This document shows positions 59,666 to 64,000 of a DNA stretch of 64,000 nt, in pieces. The stretch comes from Hydrogenophaga sp. GTDB taxonomy: Bacteria; Pseudomonadota; Gammaproteobacteria; Burkholderiales; Burkholderiaceae_C. Where the stretch lies: NCBI RefSeq assembly GCF_018780075.1, contig NZ_JADMKB010000114.1:2446-66445 (forward strand). The letters are read 5' to 3'. Below the pieces are notes generated by a model. The model had not been told where the DNA came from. It saw nothing but the letters and a program-made list of their open reading frames with translations, and searched no databases. Both the position numbers and the translations under genes were made by a program. Every line of letters begins with the position of its first letter. Positions within the stretch are counted from its first letter, which is position 1.

Positions 59666-61375
59666 ATGGTCCGCCCCACCCAACTGCTCCACCCCGCCCG
59701 CACGCCCGCTGCCGTGCGCCCCGCCGCCACCGTGCTGCTGCTGCGCGACGGCGCCGACGGCGTCGAAGTGCTCATGACGCGCCGCTCCATGACGGCGAGC
59801 TTCGCGCCCGGCGCCTACGTGTTCCCCGGCGGCGGCATTGACGCTGCCGACGCACAAGCGCACGGCCAGTCCACGCGCCGCGCGACGCAGAGCGACCTGC
59901 ACCTCACCCAGGCGATTGCTGCCATCCGTGAAAGTTTCGAAGAGCTGGGCATCCTGCTCGCACGGCGCGCCGACGGCTCGCACCTGGGCACCGCTGACAT
60001 CGCCCGTCTCGACCGCAAGGCGCCGTTCGCCGAGCAATGCGCCTCTCAGGACCTGACACTGTCCGGCGCGGAGGTCTTCGTGCTCGCGCACTGGATCACC
60101 GACCGCGACCTGCCGCGCCGCTTCGACGTGCCCTTTCTGGTGGCGCGCATGCCCGAGGGCCAGGAGCCGGTGGCCGACGAATCCGAACAGTTCGAGCCGG
60201 TCTGGGTGCGCCCGGCCGACGCGCTGGCCCGCCACGCCGCCGGCCAGTTCTTCATCATCTTCCCGACCATCCGCACGCTGGAGCGGCTGCAGGCCTACCC
60301 CTCGGTTCAGGCCGTTCTCGAAGCCTGTGCGGTCAACGACGAACCGCTGTTCACCAGCTGCCCGCGCGCCGGCCTGATGAACGGCCACGAGTCGCGCCAC
60401 ATGGAGCACGAACAACCCTTTGGCGAACTGGCGATGGTCTGCCCGGGCGGCCAGATCGTTCACGAGCTGGCCTGGCAGACCGAGCGCCCGGTGCCGCTGC
60501 TGAAGAACGTGCAACGCCTTACGGCGCCCAACCCCGGTTTCATGACCGGCCCCGGCACCAACAGCTACGTCGTCGGAGATCCCTCCACCGGCCACACCGT
60601 GATCGACCCAGGACCGGACGATGCCGGCCACATCGAGCGCCTGTGGCGCGCGGCGGGCGGCGACATCCGTGCCATCGTCTGCACCCACTCGCACCCCGAC
60701 CATTCGCCCGGCGCGGTGCGGCTGCAGGCGCTGTGCGTCGCCGCCGACCTGGGAAAGCCGCCCATCCTGGGCCTGCCCAGCGCCCCCACGTCGCGCGAAA
60801 ACAGCCGCTTCACGCCCGAGCGTTCGCTGGCCGACGGCGAACGGCTGGTGCTGGTCGGGGCCGACGGGGACCGGCTCAGCAACCACACGCTGCAGGTGGT
60901 GCACACGCCGGGTCACGCCGCCAACCACCTGTGCCTGCTGCTGGAAGAAGACGGCCTGCTGTTCAGCGGCGACCACATCCTCAACGGCAGCACCACGGTG
61001 ATCGATCCGCCCGACGGCCACATGGGCGACTACCTCGATTCGCTCGACAAGCTCGACCGCCTGTGCGCGCAGCACGGCGTGGACTTCATCCTGCCGGCCC
61101 ACGGTTACGTGCTCGGCGACCTGGCGCAAACGCCCGACAACCCGAGCGCCCCGGAGCACGGCGGCGCCCGTGCGGCCATCGCCCACCTGAAGGCCCACCG
61201 CCTGGCACGCGAGGCCAAGGTGGCGCGCGCCATGCAGGCGCGGCCCGAGGGCACGGTGGACGACTGGGTGAAACTGGCCTACGACGACGTGCCCGAGCGG
61301 CTCTGGCCGGTGGCCAAACGCTCGATGCAGGCGCACGTCGAGCGCATCCAGAGCCTGGGGGGGTTCAACGCATGA
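59666..61375 (+). CDS. Nudix-like / MBL-fold metallo-hydrolase fusion protein
   Basis: Nudix-box-like AAIRESFEELGI in the N-terminal half, and HSHPDH (HxHxDH) in the C-terminal half. The start is uncertain: ATG 59666 or GTG 59621. Confidence 0.8.
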   Translation: MVRPTQLLHPARTPAAVRPAATVLLLRDGADGVEVLMTRRSMTASFAPGAYVFPGGGIDAADAQAHGQSTRRATQSDLHLTQAIAAIRESFEELGILLARRADGSHLGTADIARLDRKAPFAEQCASQDLTLSGAEVFVLAHWITDRDLPRRFDVPFLVARMPEGQEPVADESEQFEPVWVRPADALARHAAGQFFIIFPTIRTLERLQAYPSVQAVLEACAVNDEPLFTSCPRAGLMNGHESRHMEHEQPFGELAMVCPGGQIVHELAWQTERPVPLLKNVQRLTAPNPGFMTGPGTNSYVVGDPSTGHTVIDPGPDDAGHIERLWRAAGGDIRAIVCTHSHPDHSPGAVRLQALCVAADLGKPPILGLPSAPTSRENSRFTPERSLADGERLVLVGADGDRLSNHTLQVVHTPGHAANHLCLLLEEDGLLFSGDHILNGSTTVIDPPDGHMGDYLDSLDKLDRLCAQHGVDFILPAHGYVLGDLAQTPDNPSAPEHGGARAAIAHLKAHRLAREAKVARAMQARPEGTVDDWVKLAYDDVPERLWPVAKRSMQAHVERIQSLGGFNA

Positions 61376-61692
61376 CGCACCGTGTCCGTGCCGTTTCCCT
61401 GGCGCTGGTGCTGGCCGCCGGCGCCCTTCCTCTGGCCGCCCGGGCCAGCATGAACCTGGCCCTCGACAAAGGCTGCCTGAACTGCCACGGCACGCCGCCG
61501 CGCGGCAAAGCCCCGACCATCGCCGACCTGGCCGCGCGAATGGCGTCAGCCAAGGGCAACGACGCCGAGACAGCGAGGTTGTCGGAGCGCTTGCGTGAAC
61601 ACCACCTGTTCGGTGGCGTGCCCGCCCACGAGCGGCTGAGCGCCGAAGAGGCCGATCACTTCGTGCGCTGGCTGGTGGACGGTGGTCGCTGA
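61372..61692 (+). CDS. Small secreted c-type cytochrome-like protein (106 aa)
   Basis: It forms the C-terminal end of the spurious ORF 60037-61692, in the same frame. MTHRVRAVSLALVLAAGALPLAARA signal peptide, then CLNCH (CxxCH). The ATG forms an ATGA overlap with the stop of the Nudix-MBL gene. Confidence 0.65.
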   Translation: MTHRVRAVSLALVLAAGALPLAARASMNLALDKGCLNCHGTPPRGKAPTIADLAARMASAKGNDAETARLSERLREHHLFGGVPAHERLSAEEADHFVRWLVDGGR

Positions 61693-61703
61693 AAGCCCAG
61701 ACC

Positions 61704-62504
61704 ATGCGCCTTGCGTTCGTCTCGGACATCCACGGCAATCTGGCGGCCCTGGAGGCCGTCATGGAAGACATGGTGGGCCGACAGGTGGACCAGGTGGTCA
61801 ACCTGGGCGACACCGTCAGCGGCCCCCTGTTGCCACGGGAAACCGCCCAGCGCCTGAGCGCCCTGCCCTGGCTGCACGTTGCGGGCAACCACGAACGGCA
61901 GGTCCTTCGCCTGCCCCTGCCGCAACAGATCGCGTCTGACGCCTACACCAGCGGCCAGCTGACCGACGCCGACAAGCGCTGGCTGGCCAGCCACCCGGAC
62001 CCCTGCGACCCGCGTCTGCACCGCGGCGAGATGTGGCCCGAGCGGCTGGGCCGCGACGTGGCCCTGTGCCACGGCAGCCCGCGCAGCGACATCGAGTACC
62101 TGCTGGAGACGCCGGTGGGCGAAGCCGCGCGGCTGGCCACGGTGGCTGAAATCGACGAGCGACTGGATGGGCGCATTCCGCCCCACATCCGCCTGCTGGC
62201 CTGCGGGCATTCGCACGTCCCACGGTCGGTGCGCACCGCCACCGGCCTGCTGATCGTCAACCCCGGCAGCGTGGGCCAGCCCGCCTACGACGACGACCAC
62301 CCCTACCCGCACTCAAGTTACCACCGCATCGAAACCGGCAGCCCCGATGCGCGCTACGCGGTGGTGGAAGAAAGGAATGGCCACTGGACCTGCGATCTGA
62401 TCAGCGTGGCCTACGACTTTGAATCCATGGCCTCGCTGGGCGATCAGCGGGGTCGACCCGACTGGTCACACGCGCTGCGCACGGGTCACATGCCCAGACC
62501 CTGA
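61704..62504 (+). CDS. Metallophosphoesterase (calcineurin-like) family protein
   Basis: SDIHGN, GDTVSG, GNHE and CGHSH motifs. Confidence 0.85.
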   Translation: MRLAFVSDIHGNLAALEAVMEDMVGRQVDQVVNLGDTVSGPLLPRETAQRLSALPWLHVAGNHERQVLRLPLPQQIASDAYTSGQLTDADKRWLASHPDPCDPRLHRGEMWPERLGRDVALCHGSPRSDIEYLLETPVGEAARLATVAEIDERLDGRIPPHIRLLACGHSHVPRSVRTATGLLIVNPGSVGQPAYDDDHPYPHSSYHRIETGSPDARYAVVEERNGHWTCDLISVAYDFESMASLGDQRGRPDWSHALRTGHMPRP

Positions 62505-62529
62505 GTCAAACCGTTCAACGACGACCCCC

Positions 62530-62940
62530 ATGCAAAACACCAGCTGGTACTCGCGCTTCGCCAAGGCCGCCTCGCATTTCTGCGGACGGCCGCGAGTGTT
62601 CACGTTGGCCGTCGCGGTGATCGCCGTGTGGCTGGTCACCGGGCCACTGTTCGGCTTCAGCGACACCTGGCAGCTCGTCATCAACACCGGCACCACCATC
62701 GTCACCTTCCTGATGGTGTTCCTGATCCAGAACACACAGAACCGCGACACCGAGGCGATCCAGGTGAAGCTGGACGAGCTCATCCGCGCCACCAAAGGCG
62801 CGCACAACGCCCTGCTGGACCTGGAAGAACTGGAAGAAGACAACCTGGACGCGTTTCGAGCGAAGTACCAGGCCCTGGCCGCTGCCGCCCGCGCCCAGCT
62901 GGATCAGGGGTTCAAGGACACCGACACACCGGACACGTGA
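62530..62940 (+). CDS. Low-affinity iron permease family small membrane protein
   Basis: MQNTSWYSRFAKAASHFCGRP...FLMVFLIQNTQNRDTEAIQVKLDELIRA. Internal ATG 62530. Confidence 0.8.
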   Translation: MQNTSWYSRFAKAASHFCGRPRVFTLAVAVIAVWLVTGPLFGFSDTWQLVINTGTTIVTFLMVFLIQNTQNRDTEAIQVKLDELIRATKGAHNALLDLEELEEDNLDAFRAKYQALAAAARAQLDQGFKDTDTPDT

Positions 62941-62945
62941 AGTGA

Positions 62946-63022
62946 CACCCCCGCGCCGCTTCGCGTCTCCCCCAGGGGCGGCACGGGCCGTCCGGCACAG
63001 CCGGCCCGGCGGGGCCCTGGGC
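62946..63022 (+). repeat. REP-like repeat, copy F
   Basis: CACCCCCGCGCCGCttcGCGTCTCCCCCaGGGGCGGCACGGGCCGTCCGGCacaGCCGGCCCGGCGGGGCC. It lies in a convergent gap. Confidence 0.75.
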
Positions 63023-63098
63023 CGCACCGCTTCACGCGTCGAGGTGGCGCTCCGGCCGCATGGAAACGGAACCGGTGGGGAGGCAACCGAGGGCGGTT

Positions 63099-63896
63099 CT
63101 ATTCCCTGACCTGCTGGTGGCAACCGCACGAGCGCCGGGCCAGCTGCTCGCGGTCCCGCAGGGTGATGCCGCGCTCGCCGCGTGAAATCGCCCCCGCGGC
63201 GATCCATTGCTCGGTGGCCTGTGCCACGGCCTTGGGCGCCGCCCCCAGCCAGGCGCTCAGGGCCTCGGGTTCGATGTGCAAGGTGGTGTCGGGCATGCGC
63301 TCGAAAGCGTCCTGCAGCCAGCGCCCCATGCGCTGGTGAGGGGTGTGCTGAAGCCGGCAGAGGGCGGCCTGGGCCATTTGCGCATTCAGCGCCTGCAGGT
63401 AGCGCAACACCACCGGCAACAGGCCTTTGCCCGGCGAAGGATGGGTGCTCAGCAGCGCCACCGGCAAACGCCACGCGGCGCCCGGGTGCAACACCTCCGC
63501 TCGCATGCGCTGGTCGGCGGCACCCAGCAGCGGGGCGATGCCCACCACCCCATCGTCGCCGACCAGGGCCACCGGCGCCTCCGTGCCGTCCGACCCGCCC
63601 GCATGCCACAGGCCCACGAGGGCGCCCTCGGGAAAGACCATGAAGTCGATCGGTGTGCGGGGCGCCAGCAGCGTGTGCCCCGGAAGCAGGTCGACCCGCT
63701 CCAGGTGCGGCCGCCAATGCTCGCGATCCCCATGGGCCAGCGCGGCCAGAACCCGGTTGGTCGGGTGTTCGACGGTCAAGTTCGGTGCTCCCGCCCAGGG
63801 GGCGTTCAGAAGAAAGAGGGGGGTTGCCGAAGCGGGGATGCCGTCGGTGGGCCAGTGTAGGCGCAAAGCACCCGGACACTGTTCGGTACCGTACAA
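63099..63896 (-). CDS. Crp/Fnr-family transcriptional regulator
   Basis: cNMP-binding-like N-terminal domain and a C-terminal HTH (LSAWLGAAPKAVAQATEQWIAAGAISRGERGITLRD). The start is uncertain. Confidence 0.75.
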   Translation of the reverse strand: MYGTEQCPGALRLHWPTDGIPASATPLFLLNAPWAGAPNLTVEHPTNRVLAALAHGDREHWRPHLERVDLLPGHTLLAPRTPIDFMVFPEGALVGLWHAGGSDGTEAPVALVGDDGVVGIAPLLGAADQRMRAEVLHPGAAWRLPVALLSTHPSPGKGLLPVVLRYLQALNAQMAQAALCRLQHTPHQRMGRWLQDAFERMPDTTLHIEPEALSAWLGAAPKAVAQATEQWIAAGAISRGERGITLRDREQLARRSCGCHQQVRE

Positions 63897-64000
63897 AAGG
63901 CGCCTGGCCGCGGTCCGCGAGCCCGTGCGGTGAGCGACAGACCAGGCCGACAGCCCCCGGTGACAACGGCGCGGGCCACGTACACTGCAGCGCAGCGGGC

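Noticed and set aside
19151-63022. Whether the recurrent GC-rich repeats could be a CRISPR array.
   Set aside because: The copies are kilobases apart, occur in both orientations, are imperfect, and lie singly between ordinary genes. There is no regular repeat-spacer periodicity and there are no cas genes.

Overview
High-G+C proteobacterial chromosome segment (about two-thirds G+C by eye, not computed). Gene content, gene order and protein sequences look Burkholderiales/Comamonadaceae-like, which is an inference. I call about 62 protein genes. I found no rRNA, tRNA, CRISPR array, transposase or prophage; xerC is the only recombinase. The centre of the window (23044-41869, minus strand) is a complete division/cell-wall cluster: mraZ-rsmH-ftsL-ftsI-murE-murF-mraY-murD-ftsW-murG-murC-ddl-ftsQ-ftsA-ftsZ-lpxC. 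Most of its gene junctions are translationally coupled through ATGA or TGATG overlaps. Flanking genes are accB-accC-prmA, mpl, a class-I DAHP synthase, chrB-like/chrA, tldD, rodA, an RNase II-family gene, mtgA, plsC/cdsA-like genes, ruvC, hslVU, a large STAS protein, a dksA-like gene, a COG0523 GTPase, rlmI, xerC-DUF484-dapF, an ABC transporter operon with a GntR regulator, a Nudix-MBL fusion and a Crp/Fnr regulator. Many ORF-track entries are spurious antisense or out-of-frame ORFs typical of high-GC DNA. Many real genes start at internal ATG/GTG codons of the listed ORFs, so I re-derived starts from the nucleotides. Three genes are absent from the track: one partial CDS at the left edge and two small ORFs. 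Non-obvious signals: (1) a textbook leader-peptide attenuator (34-aa peptide with FFGFYFWF, 1:2/2:3/3:4 helices, T10 terminator) in front of the DAHP synthase gene; (2) a family of at least 12 copies of a ~80-95-nt three-hairpin GC-rich REP-like repeat, one of them inserted in frame inside mpl; (3) a ~320-nt imperfect palindrome filling an ORF-free 468-bp convergent gap between ruvC and the lpxC operon; (4) four 10-bp-phased AAAGTG boxes (MraZ-operator architecture) in front of mraZ; (5) a DksA-like protein with a ~210-aa Lys/Ala/Pro-rich N-terminal extension and a Cys-depleted zinc finger, next to a His-rich COG0523 GTPase; (6) a ~80-aa acidic low-complexity insertion in MurD; (7) several uncharacterised genes. 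Nothing here can be shown from sequence alone to be a new multi-gene system. The attenuator, the repeat family and the palindrome are the best-supported leads.
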